In this document: positions 26,114-40,079 of the stretch, one piece after another
Position numbering within the stretch: position 1 is the first letter of the stretch
Layout: each line of letters opens with the position of its first letter
Assembly: GCF_000143415.4 (NCBI RefSeq)
Contig: NW_003314386.1
Location: 166,852 to 230,851 of the forward strand
DNA: 64,000 nucleotides
Reading direction: 5' to 3'
Source of the DNA: Selaginella moellendorffii
Lineage: Eukaryota > Plantae > Lycopodiophyta
Program-made: the position numbers and the translations under genes
The notes under the pieces: model-generated
What the model was told of the DNA's origin: nothing
What the model saw: the letters and a program-made list of their open reading frames with translations, nothing else
Databases searched by the model: none

Positions 26114-29100
26114 ACGTGATAACCAATTCTAAAGTAGCTTGCCTGCTTCATAGTGAATCTTACCCTCTAGCTTATATCCAACCTTACTCTTATAACTATG
26201 GAATTAAAAAGAGTGGCATATTGCTCTTGACAAATTTTAAGCAAACTGAATTAACACTAGGGACTAATTTAAATGGGGTGTGAAGACCATTCTATGAAAT
26301 TACCTTGTGGAATCAACGCAAGAGTCAAATTATCTAGCGTATGATAGCCTATTCTAAATCAATTTGTTTGTGGAATGATATTAGGTAACTTTTCAAACAT
26401 GTGATAGCTAATTCATGGAAAAAAAGTTTTAGATCTAAACAAAAATTATTTTTCAAGGTAAATTTTTCTCTAGCCTCTTTGCCAATGGGTGGTTATGGTG
26501 AATATAAATCTCTGCTCAAGCTTGTATAATAGATTTTTAAGCTTTGCAATTTATTTCTAGGAGTGTTTAAGGTTATTTCACCTTTTTAGGCAAAACCTTT
26601 TTCTAATATCTCTAATCTTGTTCTAGTTCTTTAGAAATTAAAGTGACAGTAATAATGTTTCCAAGATTGATGCTTATAGCTAGCAGCAAGCTTTATAACT
26701 CTGTGTTCCGCATTTATAGCATGAAGTTTCTCAACTACTGTGTTTGGCAAAAACTCGATTAGCACATAGGGTGATCTATGCATTTTAAACGTAGGTGGAA
26801 ATTAAGTTATAACTCTTAGCATAATTTTGCTTATGTAGAAAATATTCACTAGGTGGTAATTCCCTCCTATGAGGAGGTATGTATACCTGTGAATCACATA
26901 TCATAAAAGGTGGTTCACACCTAGAGTAGTGAATATTTCCCCTAGCAATTGAGCATCACTCAACTAGTCTAATACACATGAGTTGATTAAAAACTAACCT
27001 AAAGCCTTTGATCCCCAATAAAGCTCATGTGAGTGATTGTGAGTAAAGATAGGCTTGACATCACTAGAATACTTCAAATCTTGAGCAAATGGATGTGCAT
27101 TGGTGATAAACTGGAATACAATAGAAATAAGGATAGGGATCAAGTGCTAACTCTCTCCCTTAACTACTTTTATATAGTGGCAACTGCCACTTCTTCTTAA
27201 GTCCTGATTGTCAAGATCATAACCTTGAGTGTCAAGGTTGTAAACTTGATTGTCAAGAAAATGCTCAAATGCATGATTAATTTGCTATACTTCACTCTCC
27301 CACGACTGAACAAAGTGCTCTATCATGTCAGTTGGTTTTGTTGGTGCTGAATTTCTTGCAATTTTGACTTTGAGTTTATTATGTCGCTGGTGGAACTCTT
27401 TGTCATCATCATTTTCCTCCTCGTGCTAGCTTTCATTGTCATCTTCCATTACTATGGGCTATTTTGCCTTCAGAATGCAAATCTTGTTGTGGAGTTTTAT
27501 GTTTTCTTTAGCGAGCTGGTTATTGATGTGTTGTGCCTCTGCACATACTGTCCCTTGAAAGGACATATCTCTATGGTTAGGATTTTGTTCTTTGCCATGG
27601 AGTGTTAAGTTTGAGTCCTTATAATAACTTTCTTGAGTTTTTTCTTTGTTAGTGTGGTAGCATTGGAGAAGCTTACTTCATGTTAGTGTTTGGCATATTT
27701 GTTGATGAGTCTTGAAAGATTTACTGATCTCTAAGTCTTGTTTTTGGTCGAAGTTTTTCAAGTTGTTGTTTTTTTTCATGTTGCTTTTTTGAGCTTGATT
27801 CTTCAAAGTTTCTTTTGTGTTGGATTTTTGAACTTGAGATTCATATTTCTTGATTTATTGAGTTCTTGAGATTGAACTTTGTAAACCTTGAATGTGTTGA
27901 ATTCTTGAGGTCGAGTCTTCATAGTCTTGATGTCTTAATCGTCATGCTTGTAGCTCTTTTTGATGTTTCATTCTTGATCTTCAAAGTTGAAACCTTTATC
28001 TTTTTCAAGGTTGTTGTTGATGATGTTTAAATTATATGATTGGTATTTCTTGAGTTTGTTAAGGTTAACAATTTGGAGATGCTCACCATTGAGTGTTGTA
28101 ATTGTTGCCATTCCTAAAGCTTTGAATTCTTGGATGAAGAATAGTCCTTTCTACCTTTACTTTACTTTCGAGTTGATTTTCTCAATGTTTCCTTGAAACT
28201 AGAGTACTTGATCATTGATTTTGAATTCTTCATTTTTTTTTAGTCTTCTCTTTTTGTTGTGGTTTGCTTTTCTTTGTAGGTTTGAGATATCAATGGGATA
28301 TTACTGATGTTTACTTTAGGAATTTTAGTTCATTAGTATTGTTGATCGAGATTTATTCAAACTGACTAGTGCGATTGTTGACATAAATAAGTATTTGTTG
28401 ACTTTGCGATATTTATTTTGTTTAGTTGGTTGTTGCTAAAGTTAGTTTTCTTATATTATGATATTATTTCCTTTAGGTGATACATTTGTGAACATTTTGC
28501 TTATTAATCAATGATAGTTTGTGCTCTTTAAGTTGTATTTTATAAGTTTTTTGGTATGCTATTTACAATATTTGATAGTTAAAGCTTTTTCATTGAGTTT
28601 TCTTGATGATATACTTACTATTAGATTTTATTGGATGGTTAATCCTATGTCTTTAAAATATCATGATTTTGGTGGTTCCTATCCTTTACTAATTTATCAT
28701 ATGATAACTTAATTAAAATATTTTATGTTCTAATCTAAGATTTATTCATTAATAATATATATCTCTAAGATATCTTAGTTTATGACTTTGATATTGTCCA
28801 TTTATTAATTTTTGGGCTTGAACCAGTATAGGCAAACTAGCCTTGGCACTTCATGTACATAATGAAATTTTTAATTGTGGCCTATGAGGGAACTATTATA
28901 AACTGGTCATATCACTTACCTCTCTTTAAATATTTCTTATTCTATTAAAAAGGTATGACCATGTAAACAACTTTAACTATTTATTTACAATAATCTATCT
29001 AAACTTTATTGATGGATTTGTTTGTTTGCTTAAAAAGGTTAGGGCTTATAATTTCTTTTTTTATATCATCTATAGATAAGGGCATATCATTTTTTTTAAG

Positions 29101-32100
29101 CTGGATTACATTTAGAGTAGCAAGAGTGGTTAACTTTGCTTGTCATTTCTTTATCAATGATGGCTAAAAGATGTTTGAGTGGTAGTGCATTTATATTAGA
29201 TAGATACATTATCTTTTAACTCATTTGAGTTTGTGCATTTCTTACAAAGTGTGAAAGCTGTGAACTTTTTCTAAAGTTGTTTCTATGGTGGTGGTCTAGA
29301 CTATAGTATGCATAACAAGGATATAAATCTTGTGAAAGGTTCCAAATATATAATTAAGATAGTGGGTAAATCTTTGGGCTGAATACTCAAAAGTCATTAT
29401 GTGGTTTGATTCCTTTGCTCCTTAGTTATGTGCTTAAAAGTTTGGCTTTATCTCTTTGTTAGTAGTCCAAAGCCTTAAAATTTAAGTTCCACTCTATTAT
29501 CCTTAACCCACGTGAGAAGTTCCAAATGTATAGTAAGGATAATGGGTAAGTCAGGTATGGGCTAACCAACCTAATACATAACTTAGCTTCCCACTTATAT
29601 GCCTATCTTTGTTTTACATCTAGCTTGGGTTTAAACCCAACCATGCTAGTTGGTGGAGTATTTATATCTTTGCATTGGGCCATTAGTATGTTAAAATAAC
29701 ACTAGACTTTATTTGACTTCATTTTGTATACTGGTCTTAACATTGGGATGTTTGATACTTTAGGATTGTTCTTATATCACTCCATATTTTTATTCTTTCA
29801 CTCCTTGGTTAAATGGTTATGAGTTATTCCATGCTTTAATTTCTTCATTCCTTGATTATATGCTTAGGAGTTTGGCTTTATCCCTTTATTTAATAGTTTA
29901 AGTCCCTAAAATTTAGGTTCCACTCTGCTACCTTTGGCCTATGTGTCTAAGGGTTAAGTTTCTACTTTGTAGTTATTTTATAGTAAATCACTATAAGGTA
30001 AAGGTGAAAACCACGTATTCTACAACATCTTGAAGGTGAGTAATACTAGGTTAGGTGACTTCTTGGGAAATTCGAATTCAGAAAGTTAAGTTAGTAGTAT
30101 TGGGTTGGATGACTTCTTGAAAAATTTAAATTCATAAGCTTAAATTTTGGTGAGGAGCTTCTTTAGTTTCTCCTATCGAACTCTTAGTTTAGGCTTCTAA
30201 ATTTGGAAAGCACAATTATTATAAATTGCATAAACTAGAGAAATGCATAAAAATCCTAATTTCTTTAGCCAATAATAAGCAAAGAAGCCTCCAACTTCTT
30301 GGCTTGGCTGACACCACAAAAAACTATTAAGCTCTCTATTGATTATTAATTGTTAATTAAACATGTATAGATTAAACTATAATATAGTACGCTTGAATTT
30401 GGAGCCCACACTCTAAGCTTGTTGCACTATGAAATAAGGCTTTGATATGTATTTAAAATCCTCTATAAGCACCAACTCTCTGTATTCAGCTTTTACATGT
30501 AAAATGGTGCTAAATAAAATCTAGTACAATTTCAGCATACCGGTGGTCTAATGCAATAATGTAAGGAGGTGGGTACCCCATTGACTAAAGTAGTATGAAA
30601 CTTTGGCTTAGACTTAAATTAGATGCAAAATAAGGAGCGATACAGCCCAGTGATACCTAAATTAATGTCATAAATGCTTAATCATGCTTCCAACTATTTT
30701 TTCTATTATATGTTTAAATATTTACTAAATATGGAGTAGTATCGAGATATAGAAATACTCTCTACATTCTGTAAATATACTTTACTAAGAGTGATGAAGA
30801 GGTAAATGTTTTATTTTGTATATCTTCCCAGGTAGAGTAAAAAAAGAAACCTTAGGCAAAATGGAGTTACATTTAAAGTTAGGCATCCAAAGAAGAAAAA
30901 TTTGACTTAGGCAAGAAGTAGTTAGGAATGGTTATAAAATCATGTAGTATATAAATAGCACTTAGATGTGTTGAAAAACAACCCCTACTCATTATTATAT
31001 ACATTTGTATTAAATTAACCATCTCTTTTTTCCCACTTATGACTATTTGTGTAAAGTAGAGTTGAGAAAGTGACATATATTTATCCTTATTCACACCTTT
31101 GGGGTTTGAGGTTGAGTTCTCTTCTATTCTCTTCTCATTTTTTTTCTCTTCTCTTCTTTTATGTTTTTGTCTCTATTTGTTTGTCACTATTTTGTAGATA
31201 AAGGCGAGAACACAAGTATAGGTAAAAAAGCTTTACTCACTTTGTGATCAGATGGGATAAACCATCACTCTTTGGCTTGAAAAAAAGCCGAGAGAAAATC
31301 ACTTATAAATTCCAAATGTGCCTAGTATTAAAAATCACAAGTAGATCTGTTCAGTGATTACAAAGGCCTTAAGCCTAGACAACACTAAAAAAAGGAGCTC
31401 TTCTTGCAATTGCAATAGCTTAATGCTCAAAGAACACAAAAAAGATAGTTTTTTAACTGAAATACAATAGATTAACTATACATTTGAGCATTTTCTTGAT
31501 GGTCAGGATTATGACCTTGACACTCAAGGTTACGATCTTGATATTTAGGACTTAAGAAGAAGTAGCAATTGCCACCATGTAAAAGTAGTTAAAGGGAAGA
31601 CTTAGCACTTAATCCCTATCCCTATCCTTATCTCTATTGTATTTCAGCCTATCACCAATGCACATCCATTTGCTCAAGACTCAAAGTATTCTAGTGATGT
31701 TAAATTTATCCTTACTCACAACCACTCACATAAACATTCTTGGGGATCGAAGGTCTTAGGTTAGTTTCTAAACAACTCGTGTGTTTAGTAGTTTGTTCTA
31801 GAGCAAGGATTATTGTACTAGTGCAAAATCAATGACATCAAAAACCCTTTGTCATTCTGCAACTATCCATCGTAGCTAGCTTTGCACCAAATTCTCTCTC
31901 GCATTTGTAACAAAACTACAACATAACTACACCAAAGAATTTTCAAGTTTTCATTGGTGACTACAGTGGGATAAGAGACATCATAAGAAGATCTAAAATC
32001 CAAATAGAAAAAACCAAGAAACACATCAAAGAGAAGAGAAAGAGATGAAAATGGTGAAATCGTGAAAATCTTAACAAAATTCAACAAAATAAAGATTATT

Positions 32101-34000
32101 CAATTTAATTGAAGATGGCAAAAAAACATTACACAAGTCTTCATTGAGATCGATGTAATTACAATTGACATTCAAAAACACTCAAGACTGCAGGATTCAA
32201 GAAAGTTTTCCTGAAGACTCAAAAAAGTTTTCTTGACATTTAGGAATATTTTTTTGAGGGTCAAGAAAGTCTACAATAGCGAATAAAGCAACATAACTGT
32301 CCCTTTGGAGACCAAGCATGTACTAAGTATAAAAATTGTCTTCTTTGTAGTTTCCAGAACTATGCCAAGTCATACACCGAGTGCTACCCAAAGAGGAGAT
32401 GTGCTTATTGCATAGCCAAAAAGACTACTTTGAGGATTAAAGACGAAGAGAAAACTAGCAAAACAGTAAAAAAGAAAGAAAATTAAAAAGGACGGAAGTA
32501 TACACAAGCAATACTACATCTGGTTTGACCACTTTACAACAGTCTAGAGATTGACGTAGGTAAACCGAAGTCATATTTTCCATCACACTTTTATCAATTT
32601 CTTACTAACACATAAACAAGAAAATTTGATACTAATTACCTTAGTTTTCAATAACTAACTTTCTTGAGTGCTAGCAGCAACCAAAAACAGGACTATCAAA
32701 TAGCAAATCTGTCAACTCCTCACTAGTTAAAGAAATTTCAACACTCAAGAAAATGTAATAATTTTACTTCAACTACTACAAGGACCAATCAGTGACACAT
32801 TACCAACAACAACAATTACCTAAGTTCATGACTATGCACATTAAAACACAATAATGTGCATTAGCGAAATTAAAGACTGTCAACTTTGCTATCAATTTAC
32901 ACCAACAAGAAATCTCAAAATTAGAAGATCTGCTACAAGCGAACAACCCCAACTTTATCTTTTACTACATCTAAGAGTTCCACTACACTTAAGAGCTCAA
33001 TTATAACAAACAAGAATACGAATTCTAGGACAACTGTCATATCAATAAGCGCGAGATGAATTCAAGTTTATACACAAACTCGAAGAGCTCAACCTCAAGA
33101 TTCAATTCGAAGCACCAAAATTCTAATCACAGTTACTTAGATCAACGCAAAAAATATCAACTCTCAAATTCACAAACAAATTTGGTGTGTCAATATCAAC
33201 GTAATAACACCAATTTGAATCATCACTAAAATTCCTATAATCAAACTATAAAACCAAAGCACAATCATTATCGAAATAATCCTAAGAGAAGTTTAAGAAA
33301 TCATCAAAGCATCACAACAAAAAACTCAAAAAATACAAGACTACCAAGAACAACAATACAATAAAATTAAAAAAAGAAGACATGAAAATTTGCCTCTTGA
33401 GATTCAAGTATAAGATCAACAAAAACAAAAAACACATACACCAATCCATTATAGAATCTTCATCCACTATTAAAAGTTTATAGGAAACCAAGACAAAACT
33501 AAACTCTATATGTGGAGAGTCATCCTTAAACTTTCTTGGATCTCCAATATTTACCTAAATCAAAAATACATTTGCCAAATAAAAGAAAAATAACACCACA
33601 ATTAGCATGAAGTACAGTGAATTTATAAAAACCTTCTAATTTTTCTACTACAACAAATGAAAGAAATCAACAGACAACAATTTTTCAATAGATACATTAC
33701 ATTTGTTAGCATAGCCATACACAAATTACAAGATGAAAAAATACAAAGAGGAACTTGGGCAAAAGAATGCTAAATACACCCCAAAGTCACAAAATTGTGA
33801 CAAACTAGCCTCAACCTTCTTTGTCATATTATAGATTATGATGGTTCAATAAATTATTGAGGGACCAAACTCAATATCATGGGGGTTTTTGTTAAGTTTG
33901 TTTAAGACAAAGCAAAAGAGAAATAGTAAACCAAATTTAATAATTCATTAAATAAACATTTAAGAATTCTTTTTTTATGTTCATCAAGCCAAGTACAAAT
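26114..34000. mobile_element. Nested, AT-eroded LTR-retrotransposon fragments in both orientations
   Basis: 26960-27250 is the reverse complement of 31505-31790; 30792-31240 is the reverse complement of 14720-15168. Short diverged direct repeats (29430/29860; 30040/30095) and PPT-like ATGGGGGG near 33880. No intact ORFs. Confidence 0.7.
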
Positions 34001-34794
34001 GTTAAATTTAGTTTACTAACACTTGAATAAGAGTGACTGATAAAAGGTTCAACAATACTAATCTTTTGTTGTTGTGGTCATTGATAAGTAGTTTTCAATA
34101 CCCATTTGCAATAAATGCTTAATCCCAAATATTTTAATACCCTTAACTGATTGAAAAATAAGATACATTATTATTTATAAATCATTTCCCAATAAATCAT
34201 TTTTTAAGTATTTCTTTTTGGTTGTTTACACTTCCAAATTGAAAACTAGACCAAACTAAATTGCTAATGTCAATTTAAATATATGGTGTGATTCTCTTAA
34301 CTAACTAATAGAGTCAAATTTAAGATCTTTCAAATACTAAATGTAAGCTCTTGAGTTTGAACTTCCCAAAGCCTAAAAATCAAAAACATTTAACCCTAAG
34401 TATCTTAAAACCCTTAACCGATTGAATAAAAGGGTGCACTTTTGTCCATAGGCTTTTTTGTTTTATATTTAAATTTCAATAAATCACCTCTTAAATTATT
34501 ATTTTTAATTGCTTATAGAGTTTCATTGGAATATTAACATTTGAAAGAATAAGAAACAAACCTATTGCTTAAACAAGTGATCTTTTGGGTCACTCTTGAC
34601 TTTAGCTAGCTTCATTCAGTCGTCTAGTGGTATGAAATATATAAATGAATTTCAAAGCTGGATTTCAACATTGAAATTTCAATAAGCTATTAATAAGAAT
34701 ATTCCTAGAATAATATTATAGATGCTTGATAGAAAGAATTACAATGGATGGAAGATAGAAATTAAAAAAAGTTGAAATCTAAGTCATATATTTA

Positions 34795-35282
34795 GAATTT
34801 TGATAATTAAATCAATATCCAAAATCTATTGGATACACCTTGTTTGAATCAACAATTCTTGAACCAAATATAATTCTTAACTATAATAGTAACCTTCATG
34901 GTAAATTATATCTTCTTATAAAATTATTGTCTGAATGTGGATACTATTGATGATCAGAGTAACTTAAGACAAAGTATTTATAATAAGAGCTTTACTACAG
35001 AACTTCTAAATGAAGTGGATGGAAAAGCTTGGAAGCATATTTTGGGTCCATAAACGTAATTGATTTAAATAGATATGATGAACTTTTCCATGTTAACCTT
35101 TTCTTCAATCAAGGTGTATATAACCCTTTTAGAAGTTCCTTAATTAATGGTCCAAATGTAAAAGGCTCTACATTAGCACCAATATGAACAAAGGTAAAAG
35201 CTGCTATCTCTTTTCAACTAAATGGCAATTTGGTAGCTCAAAATACACCAATTTAACCATATTGCATAGTTAAGGTAAAGCT
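34795..35282 (+). pseudogene. Decayed paralog of the lectin-fusion type B copy (9075-9998)
   Basis: Collinear blocks 'tcttcttataaaattattgtc', 'gtatttataataagagcttt', 'ggatggaaaagcttggaagcatat', 'aatggtccaaatgtaaaaggctctacattagcacc' and 'aacaaaggtaaaagctgctatc', with many deletions. Confidence 0.88.
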
Positions 35283-38072
35283 TTTTTATTGGTTGTTATT
35301 CCTTGTTTTATCTATCATCTCTCTCTCTCTTATGTGAGTCTAAAGAATTACTATCACCTTTTTTACTTTTTATAATATAAACTTTATAAAATAATGAAAC
35401 ACCGCAGCTAGCCTAGTTGTATAAAGTCGCCCTACGTAGAAAGAAAGAGGTGGTGGTGGTGGTGTGTGTGTGTGTGTTGTATATAGTGTGGGTCAGAGGG
35501 GGCCAGTGGCCAGGCTTGTTGTGTGTGTCACGACTGTGCGAAAATTGTCTCGCGAGTGTGCCTGCCAGTGCTTGTGCTGCGCTGCACACATCTTGTGTGG
35601 GGTGTGGGGCAAAAGCCCAGTACGGACGCCACTGTCGTACTCGAAGGAGTGGCCATTGTCTAGTTCCTCGAATGCAGCACCGCAGACAACAATGTTAGTT
35701 TATTTCGCGGCACTGGGGATTGGAGGAGCGGCGCTGCCTGGCGGCAATGGCTTAGATTGCGAAGAATGGATCGATGGAGCAAGCGTAGAGAGGCACAAAA
35801 AAACACAAGGATCAGTGAATGATCTGATCTCTATACAACACGAAGCAAAGAAAGAAAGACCAAGGAAAGACTTAAAAACTGGAGTGAGGGCTGGAAGGAA
35901 TCCAGTCGATTCTCTATCAATTCATCCCTTGGGTGTTGAGAAAGCAGCTGGAGCGCTCTGTAGCAATGTTGACATTTCAGTGTATTTAAAAAGATATAGA
36001 AAAAAAATAGTAAGAAGTACTCTTTTTTGCACCGAACGAATCCATGGTTTTCTTGTTGCTTTGCGATACCCGTCTTTAGACTTGTCTTCGCCGTATAGAG
36101 GGAGAGCTTTCCAGGAGCATTATACAACACCGTACACGAGGCGCAATGGCCTGTCTCTACGGACGAGGGTAAAATCCGGATCAAACTCCAGGGGAAAGCG
36201 TCTAGATGATTTTACTGCCGTAACTTTGTGGCTTGGCAGTACGCCGCCGGGCGTGTTTTTACTAGTTTTGGAACGTTAAAAGGTTTCTAAGTACAGCCTC
36301 TTACGCCATTGCATGCACGGTTGGCGGTTTTGTTCGTAGCTAGAATATGCGCGCGGGAATATGCTCTCGCCGTCCAATCAGTTTGTGGAGGCTCCCTTTT
36401 GCCTTTAGTTTTTTGGAAGAGTGGGGTCTGAGAGCTTGTGTAGACAGGAAGAAAATTGGACGCAAACATCTCAATCGCGCTTTTCTTTGGGACGGGCGGT
36501 TTCGTTGTTATCTCGTTATTGGTTTGGATTTTGTTTTCACGAGCGACTAGTCCATTGAATCGGGCATTCTCGAAATTGTCAAAGTGGTGGCCCGTTTTCA
36601 TTCCCAGAGGAAAGTGGCGTGAAGGTGTTTCTTGACGCGCAAATCTTGACCCTTGAGATATCTGTGCATTTGATTGACAGGTCTACGTCTCTCACAGGGT
36701 TTCTAGAAGAACACTTGAATTCGACTCCATTCAAGCTTGCAGGGTTGCGGGCTTTAAAAAGTTGGCGTAAGTTGGGATAATCCCTTTTTCTTTAGTTTTG
36801 TTGGCATTGTTGCTTGTTGCGTGGATCAACACACGTTTTTCTTTTCTTTAGGGCAATCATGGCTGCACAGCTTCATACAAAGTTGTGCATGGGACCCTGT
36901 GTGCTTGATTTTGAGCCCGCCTCGGGCTTGTTTGTTTACCAATTTCCTTGCATTTGCCCAACGCGGGCATCACATTGCCCTCTTGTTTAAAGGCTCGAGT
37001 GATGACTATCATGGATTGCACCAAAAGTTTGGATCCGACAAATATACCCAACTGAAGAACCCTAATTTAATAGCTGGGGAAAGCTGGGATCAAGCATTGT
37101 TTGTCTTGTCAATGTTCCTGATTGAGATTGGAATTTCTTTTTTAACCAGTGGAAATGGAAATAATAAAGGAGGGAGTTTAAAAGTCAAACTAGAAACGAG
37201 GTAAAAACTTTGGATGTGTGTGGGTGATGCTATCATTTTGTTTCTTTCCTGTCACTCATTCATTCATGTAATGAGCGTGTCTATTTGGCATGATTGTGTC
37301 CGTTCCGTTAGATCCTCTGGAACATCGACGGTCAGCTCCCACTGCCACGTTTAAACCCCGTCCATTTCAGATTTTGGCGCGTATCTCTGGCCGTTGGAAT
37401 CGCCCGGGCATTCCGCCGCATCGGTGTACATCTGGCCGTTAATCACCTGGCGCATTCCGAGAGTTCTTTCTTCTAGGCCCTCTAGCCTCCTCTCTTCTAG
37501 TTTTTCTCATCGTCCCTTTTTCGATGATACCCTTGTGTCGCTCCCTTGGCTGTGGCGCCGTAAGGGACGGTCGATAGCAGTACAAGAGCGGCGGATTTTC
37601 GCGGCGCTCACCAGGACGATCCAAATCCATCCAGTCCAGTGTGTGCAGGAGGAGGATTCAAGGTCAGCTCACTCTCTCCACGAAATCCTTCGTTCTCGAA
37701 ATGCGGTGGCTTTCATGATAATCCGTCTTAGAGGGAGAGTTCTTTCTTTCATCTATTGTTGAAAATCTCTGGATCGGCGAGATTGGAGAGCTTCTTGTCT
37801 CGTTTTCTTTCCTTTTGACCGGGGCACGATATTCACAATCTCTCTTGCGGAAGAACGAGTTGGAAAGAAGAGAAAAAAAAAAGGACTACCTATAAACTAA
37901 AGGGGACATTCATGCGTAACTGACCTCTGTCATCCTTGCCGCAGGGAGCGAGATAGGATTTCCAAACGCTCACGTTTTCGTCGAGAGATATATCGAGCTT
38001 GATCTCTTGGAGACATCGACATACAATCTTTGTCGGGGAGATTTTCTCATCGTGTCTCGAGCATGAGCTGCG

Positions 38073-40079
38073 ATGAATCAGTATTTGCAGCCCAGTGACC
38101 TGCATTGGACAGCTGAGAACTGGGAACTCCAGACCGGTGGTGGTGGTGGTGGTGGTGGATCAAGCGTCATAGTCGGCGGCAGTGACTCTCTAAGTTCAAG
38201 GCACCCAGGGGCTCATCGTCCATCGGAGTGGGAGTGGGAGAATTATCAGCAGCTGGCAGCTCAAAACATGGCCGCCACTGATAGCGTCCATGACGCTGGA
38301 GAACGATCAAAGATGTCTCAGCTAGTTCCTGGTTTTCTCAAGCCGATCTTACAGTCTTCCTCTGGGAGCCTCCACAGCGTTACCAACGTTGCTCATGGTC
38401 TATTCCAGCCACACCAGCAGCATTTCATGCCAGGAAGTCACGGGATCTCAACTCTAGACTTTCGAGGACTTGGAGGAGTCGGGGGACAGGGAGAAGCTCT
38501 AGAGGCCGCTCAGCCACTACTGTATGGATCGCAAGGCTTTCCAGGAGTGGCAGCAGCGGTTCTTCCTTTCGCAAACATGAGTGGAAGTTTTGTTCCGGGA
38601 AGCGGCCACGATCCAAGGTTGTTTCAAGAGCAGCGGAGACGACTGTATGGGCTGCTGGAGATGGATCCCAGGAACTTCGCCGATGGCATGAAAAGGGAGG
38701 ATTTGTACGCAACAGCGGAGGCCAACGCTCGAATCGGCCTGAATCTGGGTGTGAGGACGTACTTCTCGACGGAAGACACGCTAGCGAGGCTGGGGAAAAG
38801 GCCCCGAGCAAATTCCCCGGGAGCTCAAGTACCACTGTGTCAGGCGGAAGGATGCAAGGCCGATTTGAGTGGAGCAAAGCACTATCACCGTCGACACAAA
38901 GTGTGCGAATTGCATTCCAAGGCGGCTACTGTCACTGCAAACGGGCAGACCCAACGCTTCTGCCAACAATGCAGCCGGTAACTCTTAGCAGATCTCTTCT
39001 CTTCCTGATCATGCTAGCTTGTTTCCTCCAGATTTCATCCGCTCAGCGAGTTTGACGAGGGGAAACGAAGTTGCAGGAAGCGGTTGGCTGACCACAACAG
39101 ACGAAGGAGGAAGCCTCAGCCCGTTGTCTCTTCAGCAGCGGTGCCAAAGGAGGAGGAAGGTACGGACTCATAAAGTTGCTTCTCTCTCTCTCTCTCTCTC
39201 GCTCCCCTCTCTCACCAACAGTCGGACAAGTTTCTCAAAAGTTCAAGCTTTTTACTTGTTATTGTTCGTGTTCCAGCAACAGCCGACGAAAAGCTCCCCA
39301 CTTCTCCGACATCCTCGCAAGAACACTCGGACAGCAAGACCGCAGGGTCGGGTGACAGCCTACAGTTACGGTCTCCGCGCGTATCAGCAACAGCTAGTAA
39401 GCCGGAGGACGCAAGTGGTGCTCACTCTGCTCTGTTAAGTGACCGGCCACCGGGCAACACCCAGGCCTTGCTCTCGGCCTTGTCCCCCAAGAATACGGAG
39501 GAGGCACCCGCCGGCTACGAGCTTCTCGCCAAAGGGGCGAGCTTATCTCTCTCATCGCCGGCAGCAGCAGCAGCAGCTGGCAGCTCAGGTGGACAGCAGC
39601 ACTCGAGCGTGGTTGATGTCGACGGGCATGATCATGTCAACAGCAGCGGGATATCGATATCTTCGTGGCTGAAACCACCGCCAGAGCCCAAGAACAGCGG
39701 CAGCATTTCTGCGTCGTTAGCTGGCTTCGGCGTCACGGCGAACAGTACAGGTGCTTCGGCTGGCAGTAGCAGTTCGTCACGGTCGTCCCTTCACAACGTT
39801 TTGCAGTCGTCCCCTCCTTTGGACAGTCAGAGTCGTGGTTGGGCTTTCACGGCAACAAATGCGGGTGGTGGTGGTGGAGACCAAAGTCAGCAGCTACAGT
39901 CTTACGATGCTTTGCGGGCAGCAGGAGGTTTGGATGGACAGCAGCATCAAATCTATGGCTTGATGGACAGCAGTAATGCGTTTGCATCTTCACAGCAGCA
40001 GCAGCAGCAGCAGCGACACGTGAACGAACCAGGCATTAATGGTCACGTCCGAGGGGGCCGTCTCATTCATGGAACTTAA
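38073..40079 (+). CDS. SPL: SBP-box transcription factor, SPL8-like clade (exons 38073-38977, 39032-39159, 39277-40079)
   Basis: SBP domain [26 protein letters not shown]...QRFCQQCSR|[27 protein letters not shown]. The upstream [13 protein letters not shown] motif is typical of the SPL8 clade. GT-AG introns keep the frame. Confidence 0.95.

Noticed and set aside
35464-37762. ORFs of 100-270 aa upstream of SPL
   Set aside because: They start in GT microsatellite or at non-ATG codons, have atypical composition and no domain; more likely promoter or UTR.
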